Origin: an uncultured Candidatus Saccharibacteria bacterium
GTDB lineage: Bacteria > Patescibacteriota > Minisyncoccia > Phycocordibacterales > UBA6899
Length of the DNA: 64,000 nucleotides
Assembly: GCA_964469335.1 (NCBI GenBank)
Contig: CAYXYK010000004.1
Coordinates: forward strand, 23,230 to 87,229
Reading direction: 5' to 3'
Part shown: in pieces, positions 44,919-53,453 of the stretch
How positions within the stretch are numbered: the first letter of the stretch is position 1
Layout: each line of letters opens with the position of its first letter
Translations under genes and position numbers: made by a program
The notes under the pieces: model-generated
Told to the model about the DNA's origin: nothing
Seen by the model: the letters and a program-made list of their open reading frames with translations, nothing else
The model's database searches: none

Positions 44919-46078
44919 ATACATTCGAAGAACAACTGAAACGTGCGATAAAGGAGATCAAGCTTTCCGATCAAGAGCGCAGTGCGCTACGCGAACGGCT
45001 GGTCTCCCAGATGGCACAGACCACTCTTCCTGCGGCTTCGCGTCGTATGTATTCACGTACCCTTACACAAACTAGAATCAAAAGAACCATGCCAATTGCA
45101 CTACTTATCGCACTCCTCATGAGTGGAGGAGTCTCCTATGCCGCCGAAGGGACAGCACCGGGCGACACACTGTATCCGGTCAAAGTCCACGTCAATGAAA
45201 ACGTTCGCGGAGCACTTGCGCTCAGTGACGCTGCGAAAGCAAAACTTGAGGTCGACCTTGCCGACCGCCGATTAAAAGAAGCGGAGAAACTCGAAAGCGA
45301 GCATCGACTCGATGCGACGACGACCGTCATGCTCCGCGTGGAGTTCGAGGAACATCGCTCGCGCGCGGATGAGCACATCCGCAGTGTTGAAGGAAAGAGC
45401 AGTGATGATGCCGCGGAGATCTCCCTCGACCTCGATACCCGACTCGACAGCCATCGCAGCACACTTGGACTCCTCGGTATCGACGGAGACGATGATGATG
45501 AGGGAGAAGATCGTCACGGCGGTGACAATAACGATGACCGACGTGGAAGAGACGAAGGTCGACAGCTCCGTGCCACCACATCAGTCACCGCGAGTACCTC
45601 GCTTCGAGTGCGAAGTGAAGATGACAGCATGCATCGAAGCGGTGATGACAGCGATGAGCGCGAGCAGAGCGCGAGCGCGGTCAGCAGCACCGAAGTGCGT
45701 GTCGAGTCCCATTCGCGAGGACGCGACCACGACGAAGATGACGGTGACGACGAGGATGATGACCGTAGAGGAGGACTCATCCCGACGATCGTCGCTCCGG
45801 TCCTCACTCCCACCCCCGCTCCGACCGGTGCGAGCACACAGAGCACATTCACGCTTGCGCAGATCGCCACCCATAATACACAGTCGAGTTGCTACAGCGC
45901 GATATCCGGAAAGGTATACAACCTGACCTCATTCTTCAGTGGTCATCCTGGAGGTAGCGCGGCGATCCTCTCCTTATGTGGACATGATGGAACAGCGGGA
46001 TTCATGGCACAGCACGGTGGTGCGTCGCGTCCGCAGAGTGAGCTCGCAGCACTCTATATCGGAACACTCGTTCCATAA
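44915..46078 (+). CDS. anti-sigma-factor-like DUF5667-type protein fused to a C-terminal cytochrome b5-like heme-binding domain
   Basis: Overlaps the sigma gene stop (ATGA). TM (MPIALLIALLMSGGVSYAA). PGDTLYPVK motif. Long D/E/R-rich linker. C-terminus HNTQSSCYSAISGKVYNLTSFFSGHPGG..GHDGT..F (cyt-b5 HPGG motif). Confidence 0.65.
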   Translation: MNTFEEQLKRAIKEIKLSDQERSALRERLVSQMAQTTLPAASRRMYSRTLTQTRIKRTMPIALLIALLMSGGVSYAAEGTAPGDTLYPVKVHVNENVRGALALSDAAKAKLEVDLADRRLKEAEKLESEHRLDATTTVMLRVEFEEHRSRADEHIRSVEGKSSDDAAEISLDLDTRLDSHRSTLGLLGIDGDDDDEGEDRHGGDNNDDRRGRDEGRQLRATTSVTASTSLRVRSEDDSMHRSGDDSDEREQSASAVSSTEVRVESHSRGRDHDEDDGDDEDDDRRGGLIPTIVAPVLTPTPAPTGASTQSTFTLAQIATHNTQSSCYSAISGKVYNLTSFFSGHPGGSAAILSLCGHDGTAGFMAQHGGASRPQSELAALYIGTLVP

Positions 46079-46086
46079 AGCGGCAT

Positions 46087-46120
46087 AACAAAACACCCCA
46101 CACAAGTGGGGTGTTTTGTT
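46087..46120 (+). terminator. rho-independent terminator
   Basis: AACAAAACACCCCA-cacaa-GTGGGGTGTTTTGTT. Confidence 0.85.
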
Positions 46121-46132
46121 ATACTGGGGAAT

Positions 46133-46399
46133 ATGACACAACGAGAATGCCATCATAAGGATGAGATCAACGAAGTGACCGCGAAAGACATGACTATATG
46201 CGAGGACTGTGCGGATACGGGGGATAGCTGGATAGCACTGCGGATGTGTCTCTCGTGCGGACATGTCGGCTGCTGTGACAGCTCGAAGAATCGACACGCG
46301 ACAAAACACTTCGAAGCGACTGAACATCCGATCATGCGATCGGTCACTCCAGGGCAGGAGTTCATGTGGTGTTATGTTGATCAACTCTATTTGAAATAG
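46133..46399 (+). CDS. UBP-type zinc finger (zf-UBP) domain protein
   Basis: CEDCADTGDSWIALRMCLSCGHVGCCDSSKNRHATKHFEATEHPI has the zf-UBP C/H spacing. Confidence 0.75.
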   Translation: MTQRECHHKDEINEVTAKDMTICEDCADTGDSWIALRMCLSCGHVGCCDSSKNRHATKHFEATEHPIMRSVTPGQEFMWCYVDQLYLK

Positions 46400-46426
46400 A
46401 AAGATGAAAGACGTGGCAAAAAAATC

Positions 46427-47059
46427 ATGTTGCACTATTTGGTGCGGATGCCGAAAGAGGGAAGTGCACATCCACCCCTTCTTCTCCTTCTTCATGGATA
46501 CGGGAGCAATGAAGAAGATCTGCTCGATCTTGCTGATGAGCTCCCTCCCCAATTCCTTATCCTTTCTGTGCGTGCACCGCGTATCCTTGCGAAAGGGAGT
46601 TATGCATGGTTCGACATCGACTTCTCTTCGGGGACACCGGTGAATGACAAGGCACAGGCCGAGGAAAGTCGACTGATACTCAAAGAATTCATCGACGGAG
46701 TAGCGAAAGAGTTTTCGGTCGACGCAGCAAGGATATATATGCTCGGCTTCAGTCAGGGGGCGATCATGAGCTATAGTATTGCGCTCACCAATCCCGGACT
46801 CATCCGTGGTGTCGCCGCACTCTCGGGGAGGATACTGAAGGAGATCCGCTCTGGTGTGACAAGGGAAGGGAATGAGGAGCTGAAGATATTCATCGGACAC
46901 GGCACAGAGGACACCGTGCTGCGTATCGACTTTGCGCGTGAGGCGAAAACATACCTCGAGTCGATCGGCATCACGCCCGAGTATCACGAGTACGGGGTGG
47001 GGCACAGTATATCGAAGGAGGAAATAGCTAAGCTCCGCGAGTGGTTCGAGACGATATGA
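46427..47059 (+). CDS. phospholipase/carboxylesterase family alpha/beta hydrolase
   Basis: LLLLHGYGSNEEDL; nucleophile elbow GFSQGA; later His. Confidence 0.85.
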   Translation: MLHYLVRMPKEGSAHPPLLLLLHGYGSNEEDLLDLADELPPQFLILSVRAPRILAKGSYAWFDIDFSSGTPVNDKAQAEESRLILKEFIDGVAKEFSVDAARIYMLGFSQGAIMSYSIALTNPGLIRGVAALSGRILKEIRSGVTREGNEELKIFIGHGTEDTVLRIDFAREAKTYLESIGITPEYHEYGVGHSISKEEIAKLREWFETI

Positions 47060-47090
47060 AAACGCCACCCAGGGGGTGGCGTTCGTGTTT
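47058..47090. terminator. bidirectional terminator hairpin between convergent genes
   Basis: AACGCCACCC-agg-GGGTGGCGTT. Confidence 0.7.
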
Positions 47091-47101
47091 CACATGTCCG
47101 C

Positions 47102-47299
47102 TCAGGCGACGGCAGCGACCCGCGGCGGGACTTCAGGGAAGGCTTCGGGGAGCCTCCGCTTGAGTTCGTCGAGCGTCGGCTGGCGGTAGTGGCAGTGCGG
47201 GCACTCCTTGCCCCAGTTCTTGGGAAGCGGCATTGGTTCACCACAGCCGGGATTCCGGCAGACATGGTCAGGGTTGCCGAGCATTTCTTCGATAGCCAT
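47102..47299 (-). CDS. small zinc-ribbon-like hypothetical protein (65 aa)
   Basis: CRNPGCG...CPHCH is a two-CxxC zinc-ribbon arrangement. Confidence 0.45.
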   Translation of the reverse strand: MAIEEMLGNPDHVCRNPGCGEPMPLPKNWGKECPHCHYRQPTLDELKRRLPEAFPEVPPRVAAVA

Positions 47300-47384
47300 C
47301 GGTCAGGTTCTCCGTTTCAGTTGCGGCGTACACATGTACGTCTGTAGCGAGGTTACCATGATTCCTTTCTCGTGCAACTCAGCA

Positions 47385-48998
47385 TCACTTCGTGACCGAG
47401 AAATTGATCATCATCCCATCGGCGAGGTGCTCGGCGACATGGCAGTGCGCCATCCAATCACCAGGATTTGTGACTTCGAGGAGGATATCAACGGTGTCTC
47501 CCGTCTGTACCAAAGTCGTATCCTTCCACACCATGTTGGTGCTGGGGACGCCGTTCGTCGCGAGGACGACGAAACGCTCCCCGTGGAAATGGATCGGATG
47601 TTGCATCGGGTGCATCGATTTTCCGTCGTTCACGACGCGGATCTTCACTTTGTCGCCGACTTTGAACTTCCAGTTCACGTCCATGTTGGCGAGCTTGGTC
47701 TCTTCGTCAATCATTTGCCACTGTACGGAATTCTGGTCCGACATCGCATTCATCATCGCCATGGTGTCTTCCCACTCGATCTTCGAGGTGCCGCTCCCCA
47801 TCACCATGCTTCCGTCATTGTGCATCATGCTGCCATCCGGCATGCGGTGCATCCCCATCATTCCGCTCCCGCTTCCGCTCATCATCCCTCCCATACCGGG
47901 CATGTCGACGGTGAGGCGGATGGTCTTGTCCGGTGCTTTCGTTTGATATCCGTCGAGAGCCTTGAACTCGGCTCGGGTTGCGGCGTTCACTCGGAGTGTC
48001 TCGAACTCTTTTTGATGGGAGACGGTGATCGCGTCGTCCGTCACAGTGAAGCTGCCGAGCGGATGAGTATGAACTGAGGTCTTGTGTTCGATTGGGAATA
48101 TCCCGCTTTCAGGGAAGAAGACGTCGACGACCGCGCGCTCGGAGGGGCCGAGGATGACGCCGTCCACGAACGTCTCATGTTCGTAGCGGCCGTTGTCGGA
48201 GCCGACGAGTTTCATCTTCGCCCCCGGAATGGTGAAGTTGAACGGTGTCGCGTTGGCAACATTGGTGAGGTAAAGTCGCACCACTTCTCCTTTCTTAGCG
48301 GTGAGTTTATGGTCGGTCGCTCCTTGTGTGAGCAGCACGTTACCATATCGGCCCATCAATGTGTGGTCCGTGCGTCCTTTGGTGAAGGGGACCGGCTGTC
48401 CGTCCGCTCCGATCAAGATGTCACCGAGGGTGATCGGGATCTCGCGGTTGACCGGCGACCAGTATGCCCCGTCCAGAGGTGTGACGACGAAGTTGCCGTA
48501 CAGACCCATCATCTGTTCGTATGGCTCGTCGAAGTGCGGGTGGTACCAATAGACACCGGCGTCAGGGAACTTGATGGTATATTCGAATGATTCGCCCGGC
48601 ATTACGAGCGGCTGCGTGACCCCCGGTACTCCGTCGAAAGCATTGTCGAGTCGTACGCCGTGAGAGTGAACGGTCGAGCCGCTGTCGATATCGTTCACGA
48701 AACGGATCTTCACTTCCGCGCCTTGGGACACTCTGATAGTCGGACCCGGAATGCTGCCGTTGTATGCGAGCATGCGCACTTCCTCGCCGTTGATCACCTT
48801 CTTCACTACGCTGGCGGTGAGTGTGTACTCTTCGCCGTTTTGAAGCAGTACTTCGTTGCTTGGCGCTGCGAGCGGAAGCTGTGCGAGCGGGAGTAGTGCA
48901 GAAGACTTATTATTCGTTCCGCTCAGATACCATGCACCGATGACGATAAGCGTGAATGTGATGAGCGCGATCGAGATGTTCCTGTTTCGTGTATGCAT
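47385..48998 (-). CDS. multicopper oxidase (CueO/CopA-like) with Met/Gly-rich insert
   Basis: Signal/TM N-terminus. HPHFDEPYEQMMG; C-terminal WMAHCHVAEHLADGMM (HCHxxxHxxxxM type-1/3 copper site). MPGMGGMMSGSGSGMMGMHRMPDGSMMH Met-rich segment. Confidence 0.9.
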   Translation of the reverse strand: MHTRNRNISIALITFTLIVIGAWYLSGTNNKSSALLPLAQLPLAAPSNEVLLQNGEEYTLTASVVKKVINGEEVRMLAYNGSIPGPTIRVSQGAEVKIRFVNDIDSGSTVHSHGVRLDNAFDGVPGVTQPLVMPGESFEYTIKFPDAGVYWYHPHFDEPYEQMMGLYGNFVVTPLDGAYWSPVNREIPITLGDILIGADGQPVPFTKGRTDHTLMGRYGNVLLTQGATDHKLTAKKGEVVRLYLTNVANATPFNFTIPGAKMKLVGSDNGRYEHETFVDGVILGPSERAVVDVFFPESGIFPIEHKTSVHTHPLGSFTVTDDAITVSHQKEFETLRVNAATRAEFKALDGYQTKAPDKTIRLTVDMPGMGGMMSGSGSGMMGMHRMPDGSMMHNDGSMVMGSGTSKIEWEDTMAMMNAMSDQNSVQWQMIDEETKLANMDVNWKFKVGDKVKIRVVNDGKSMHPMQHPIHFHGERFVVLATNGVPSTNMVWKDTTLVQTGDTVDILLEVTNPGDWMAHCHVAEHLADGMMINFSVTK

Positions 48999-49097
48999 GC
49001 CGCCATTATAACAGAGCAGAAATGTGGCACATACATGACCATGAATACCGGGAGCGTGGCAAGTCACAGCGAGGTGTGGGCCGTTGTTATTCTTCGT

Positions 49098-49937
49098 ATG
49101 CGCAAGCATACATTGGTCTTTCTTATATTTTTCTCGGTCTATCTGTCGCTTCCCGAGATCGCATTTGCGATCACGAGGGAGATCAGATTTCCCGTCGATG
49201 GAGTGGCACATTTCAAGGATGATTTCGCCGATCCTCGCGGCGGAGGATCACGGCAGCATCTCGGCATCGACATCATCTCAGAGAAGATGACCCCGGTTGT
49301 TTCTGCGGTCGACGGTGTCGTTTCATACATCGTTTCTCCTGAAGCATCGTGGGGTTATTCGCTCTCCATCATCGATGCGGACGGCTACCAATACAAATAT
49401 CTCCATCTCAACAACGATACTCCTGGCACGGATGACGGCAGGGGAGGCGAAGCGAACGCGTACGCACCCGGTATCGCGCGCGACATTCCCGTGCACAAAG
49501 GGGAACTCATCGGTTGGGTGGGTGACAGCGGCAATGCAGAGGCGGTCGGCGCGCATCTCCACTTCGAGATCTGGAGTCCGATGCGGAGCGCAGTGGATCC
49601 GTATGAATCCTTAGTGCTTGCTGTAGGAAGCTCAACCCGTATCACGGTCACCGATGCCGGAATGTCGACGAAGAAGCCGGAGGTGATCACCGTCGCGAAG
49701 AGCGGTAAAGCGAACTACGTTTTCACGAAGAAGCTCGTGAAGGGGATGAAGAGTGAAGAAGTCCGGCAGCTGCAGCTCAAGCTCCAGTCGCTCGGCTACT
49801 TGAAGGGGGTGAAGGCAAGCGGATATTATGGTGCACTCACCAAGACCGCAATTCTTGCACTGCAGAAGAAACACGGGCTCGAACAGACCGGAGCAGTGGG
49901 GCCGAAGACGAGAACTGTGCTCAATCGGAGTGCGTGA
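49098..49937 (+). CDS. M23 family metallopeptidase with C-terminal peptidoglycan-binding domain
   Basis: Signal peptide. HLGIDI...D; AHLHFEI (M23 HxH). C-terminus LQLKLQSLGYLKGVKASGYYGALTKTAILALQKKHGL..TG.VGPKT matches PG_binding_1. Start could be at 49035. Confidence 0.85.
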   Translation: MRKHTLVFLIFFSVYLSLPEIAFAITREIRFPVDGVAHFKDDFADPRGGGSRQHLGIDIISEKMTPVVSAVDGVVSYIVSPEASWGYSLSIIDADGYQYKYLHLNNDTPGTDDGRGGEANAYAPGIARDIPVHKGELIGWVGDSGNAEAVGAHLHFEIWSPMRSAVDPYESLVLAVGSSTRITVTDAGMSTKKPEVITVAKSGKANYVFTKKLVKGMKSEEVRQLQLKLQSLGYLKGVKASGYYGALTKTAILALQKKHGLEQTGAVGPKTRTVLNRSA

Positions 49938-50013
49938 TACGTGGACTTTACATTGTGCATACAGAGAGTAATGTCGATACGGATACCGTCATTCTGTTTT
50001 CAAGGAGAACACC

Positions 50014-50379
50014 ATGAATGCGATGCGAGTCGGGCAACCCCCGGACAGTGATGAAAGTGGCGTGCGCGAGACGCGCTGGTACGTGTTCCTCCACGATAGC
50101 GGGAGAGCGAACGAGATCGTCGCGAAGGCGCTCAATACCGAAGCGGACAATGCCGAACGGTTCCGGCAGGATGTCACCTGCGGTGATGGACGGGAACGCA
50201 ATCTGATCTCGGTCAGCTTCGCGGAAGCGCGGATCGCCCGAAATGCCGGCACGGAGAACGATTTCAAAGTCACCGTGTTCGTCGAAGAAGGTGGAGGCGC
50301 GCCGCGCGAGTGGAAGGACCCGAGTCGAACACGTCGACGCAAACTGCTCCTCAAGAAAGTCGCTCCCGCCGCAAGATGA
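50014..50379 (+). CDS. hypothetical protein (121 aa)
   Basis: Strong SD (AAGGAGAAcaccATG). Terminator immediately after. The overlapping long minus ORF is judged spurious. Confidence 0.55.
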   Translation: MNAMRVGQPPDSDESGVRETRWYVFLHDSGRANEIVAKALNTEADNAERFRQDVTCGDGRERNLISVSFAEARIARNAGTENDFKVTVFVEEGGGAPREWKDPSRTRRRKLLLKKVAPAAR

Positions 50380-50395
50380 AGGCAAGATGGGGATC

Positions 50396-50425
50396 GCCTC
50401 GTGCATGCACGAGGCTTTTTCTTTG
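50396..50425 (+). terminator. rho-independent terminator
   Basis: GCCTCGTGCA-TGCACGAGGC followed by tttttctttg. Confidence 0.85.
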
Positions 50426-50456
50426 TCCGCTGATGTTTGATTGCTACAATACCAAG

Positions 50457-51860
50457 ATGGAAACCATCGTCGCGGTCGCAAAACATCCGCTTGAACAGAT
50501 CATCCGACTCTTTACGCCTCGGGAGGGAAGTCTCTATTCGCCCGCGGCTGATGTGCTCATGGCGGGGGGAGCATCGATCATCTGTTTTGTGGTGATGTGG
50601 TTCTTTGTCGGAGAAGGGACAGATATCAGTACGTGGGCGATTGCAGTCTACTATGCCGCGTTCTTCGTGAACTACCCGCACTTCATGGCGTCGTATCAGC
50701 TCATCTATAAGGATGCCCGTCCGAGTTTCACCGACTTCACGCATAATCGCGTATTCGCTTGGAAGCTGTGGTGGGCGGGCTTCATCGTTCCGCTCGTCCT
50801 CCTGACGTTCTTCGTCTATGCGCTCTTCATGCACAGTCTCACGTTGATCGGGTATCTGGCGAATGCGATGTTCTTTTTCGTCGGGTGGCACTATATCAAA
50901 CAGATTTACGGCTGTGTCATCGTGCTCTCTTCGGCAAAGCGGGTGTACTACACCCGACTTGAGCGTTGGAGCATACTTGTCCCGCTCTACTCGCTTTGGG
51001 CGATCTCATTCGTGAACGCGAATCTCTACGGCGGTCAGAACAACTATTATCAGATCATCTATAATGCGGCGAAGATACCCGAACTGTATCTGCATGCATC
51101 ATTCACGCTGCTCGCCCTCTCGACCTTCATCATGGTGGCAATGATGGCGCGTAAGATCATCGCAGGGAAGAGTGTCCCTCCGGTCGCCGCCATGGTCGCA
51201 CTGCTCTCGATCTACGTGTGGTACATTCCCGCACTCTCGCATCCGTTCTTCCTGTACATCGTACCCTTGTTCCACTCACTGCAATATCTTTTGTTCGTGA
51301 ATGCATACGAGCGCAACAGTGCTTTCGCACAGATGAGAGTGAAAAAGGAGGTGGAGACCAGGGCGACACTTGGCGCGCTGACACGCATCGGCAGCATGAT
51401 GTTCCTCGTTGTTCCGGCGATCGTCCTTGTCGTGGCGACGCTGTGGCCGCCGCGCGCCGCTCTCGACTATCTGATGGTCGAGTGGTTCGGTGTGCTCGGA
51501 AGCGTGAGCACACTCCTTTGGGCGAAGACCATACTCGTCATCATTGCGGCATCGTTCGCTTTTGTTTACGTGCGAAGGAAGGGACGGGAAAGTGCGAGTT
51601 GGAAATATGCCTCATTCTTCTTCACCTCATTCCTACTCGGGATCATGGCATTCGCGGTCCTCCCGACCGTTTTCGACATCCTTGTGCGGAACAACCTCCT
51701 TCCAGGAAGCTTGAGCTATGACTACAAGATATTCGGAGTGTCACTCTATCTCTATGCATTCACCATCATCATCAATATCCATCATTATTTCATCGACAAT
51801 GTGATCTGGAAGTCGAATAATCCCCATATTCGCGCGAACTTATTCGCCCCGAAACAGTAA
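50457..51860 (+). CDS. hypothetical polytopic membrane protein (~467 aa, >=10 TM)
   Basis: Highly hydrophobic with aromatic-rich loops. No family recognised by eye. Confidence 0.7.
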   Translation: METIVAVAKHPLEQIIRLFTPREGSLYSPAADVLMAGGASIICFVVMWFFVGEGTDISTWAIAVYYAAFFVNYPHFMASYQLIYKDARPSFTDFTHNRVFAWKLWWAGFIVPLVLLTFFVYALFMHSLTLIGYLANAMFFFVGWHYIKQIYGCVIVLSSAKRVYYTRLERWSILVPLYSLWAISFVNANLYGGQNNYYQIIYNAAKIPELYLHASFTLLALSTFIMVAMMARKIIAGKSVPPVAAMVALLSIYVWYIPALSHPFFLYIVPLFHSLQYLLFVNAYERNSAFAQMRVKKEVETRATLGALTRIGSMMFLVVPAIVLVVATLWPPRAALDYLMVEWFGVLGSVSTLLWAKTILVIIAASFAFVYVRRKGRESASWKYASFFFTSFLLGIMAFAVLPTVFDILVRNNLLPGSLSYDYKIFGVSLYLYAFTIIINIHHYFIDNVIWKSNNPHIRANLFAPKQ

Positions 51861-51898
51861 TATGTGCGGGAGTCGCGGAGCCGTGAGATAATGTCCGG

Positions 51899-52534
51899 AT
51901 GGACGAAATGCTGATACAAAAGATCGTGGATGAGATCACCGAGCAAGCGAAGACCAGGAAAGTACTCTATCTCGCATCTGGCGGGTCATCCATCCCCGTG
52001 TCCGTCGCGGTGCTCAAGTCCTTGTCACCGGAGACGATGCGGAAGCTCACACTGACACTTACCGATGAGCGGTACGGGAACGTGGGACACCCGGACTCGA
52101 ACTGGCAGCAACTGAAAGATGCAGGACTCGATACGAGCATGTTCTCATGTGTTCCAGTGCTTCCCCCTGGCGAGCTCGAGAAAGAAGAGGTGGCAGAGCA
52201 TTTTGAGGAGCATCTTTCAGCGCTGTTCAAGACCTCTCCGTACATCATCGCACTTTTCGGAATAGGAGCCGACAGTCATATCGCTGGTATTCTCCCGGAC
52301 AGTGATGCGGTGAAGGAAGAAAAACATCTTGTCGCGGTCTACGATGCGGGGGCGTTCACGCGTATCACCATCACTCCGCCGGTATTCCACATGATCGACA
52401 GCGCCTATGTGTATGCACGTGGCGAGTCGAAGCGTGCCGCTGTAGATGGGATCGGGCAAGAGTTACCGTTTGTTTCGTTCCCTAATCAACTGGTAAAATG
52501 GTGCGGACATTACTCGGTTTCTTACAATCAATAA
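51899..52534 (+). CDS. pgl: 6-phosphogluconolactonase
   Basis: ..VLYLASGGSSIP.....LTLTDERYG...HPDSNWQQ, the Pgl/NagB-superfamily pattern. First gene of the pgl-gnd-zwf operon. Confidence 0.75.
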   Translation: MDEMLIQKIVDEITEQAKTRKVLYLASGGSSIPVSVAVLKSLSPETMRKLTLTLTDERYGNVGHPDSNWQQLKDAGLDTSMFSCVPVLPPGELEKEEVAEHFEEHLSALFKTSPYIIALFGIGADSHIAGILPDSDAVKEEKHLVAVYDAGAFTRITITPPVFHMIDSAYVYARGESKRAAVDGIGQELPFVSFPNQLVKWCGHYSVSYNQ

Positions 52535-52541
52535 AAACATC

Positions 52542-53450
52542 ATGAGCATGAAGATCGGATTCGTCGGACTCGGAAAGATGGGCACACAAATGGTCAGCAA
52601 ACTGCTCGCAGCGGGTTTTTCGGTGGTGGTGATCGATAGAGGCAGCGAAGCCGCACAAAAGATGAAGTCGGAAGGCGCACTGCTCGCGACGACCCGTACT
52701 GAAATGAAAGATGCACTCGGAGCGAACCCGATCATCTGGCTGATGATCCCTTCCGGTGCGGTCGAAGAAGAGATCACCGAGTGGGCGAATATCCTGCCAT
52801 CTGGGGCACTCATCATCGACGGGGGGAATTCGGATTGGCGCCTTACGGTCGCACGCGGGAAGCGTCTTGGCGAGAAAGGGATCCATTTTATGGACGTCGG
52901 AACGTCGGGCGGGATCCTCGGCTCGGTGAACGGCTTCAGTATGATGATCGGAGGTGACAAGGAACTCTATGCACGTACCATTCCACTCTTTGAGGCACTC
53001 GCAGCACCACACGGAGGTCAGGGGTATATGGGAAAGACCGGCAGTGGTCACTATGTGAAGATGATCCACAACGGGATCGAATACGGGATGATGCAGTCAT
53101 TTGCGGAGGGTTACCACCTCCTCAAGGAGGGTCCGATGACCGATATCCCTCTACCCATGGTCGCTGCAGTATGGCAGAAGGGAAGTATCATCAACTCGAC
53201 CTTGAACGGTTTGATCCAGGAAGTGATGGATGAGAATGCATCGCTTGAGGGTGTTGATGGGTATGTCGCTGAGTCGGGCGAGGGAAGGTGGACACTTGAG
53301 ACCGGAGCACAGTCGGGGATACCGCTGCCGGCGCTTGCATCGGCACTCGCGGTCCGCAAAGAGAGCCAAGAAGGGAAAACAAGCTATGCGACCAAACTCC
53401 TCGCGGCGATGCGCAACAAGTTCGGCGGGCATGCGATAAACAAGAATTGA
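52542..53450 (+). CDS. gnd: 6-phosphogluconate dehydrogenase (decarboxylating), short ~300 aa form
   Basis: Rossmann motif KIGFVGLGKMGTQMV. Confidence 0.8.
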   Translation: MSMKIGFVGLGKMGTQMVSKLLAAGFSVVVIDRGSEAAQKMKSEGALLATTRTEMKDALGANPIIWLMIPSGAVEEEITEWANILPSGALIIDGGNSDWRLTVARGKRLGEKGIHFMDVGTSGGILGSVNGFSMMIGGDKELYARTIPLFEALAAPHGGQGYMGKTGSGHYVKMIHNGIEYGMMQSFAEGYHLLKEGPMTDIPLPMVAAVWQKGSIINSTLNGLIQEVMDENASLEGVDGYVAESGEGRWTLETGAQSGIPLPALASALAVRKESQEGKTSYATKLLAAMRNKFGGHAINKN

Positions 53451-53453
53451 TCC

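Noticed and set aside
49989-50891. 300-aa minus-strand ORF
   Set aside because: Fully antisense to two better-supported plus-strand genes (50014-50379 with strong SD + terminator; 50457-51860 polytopic membrane protein). Product is charged low-complexity.
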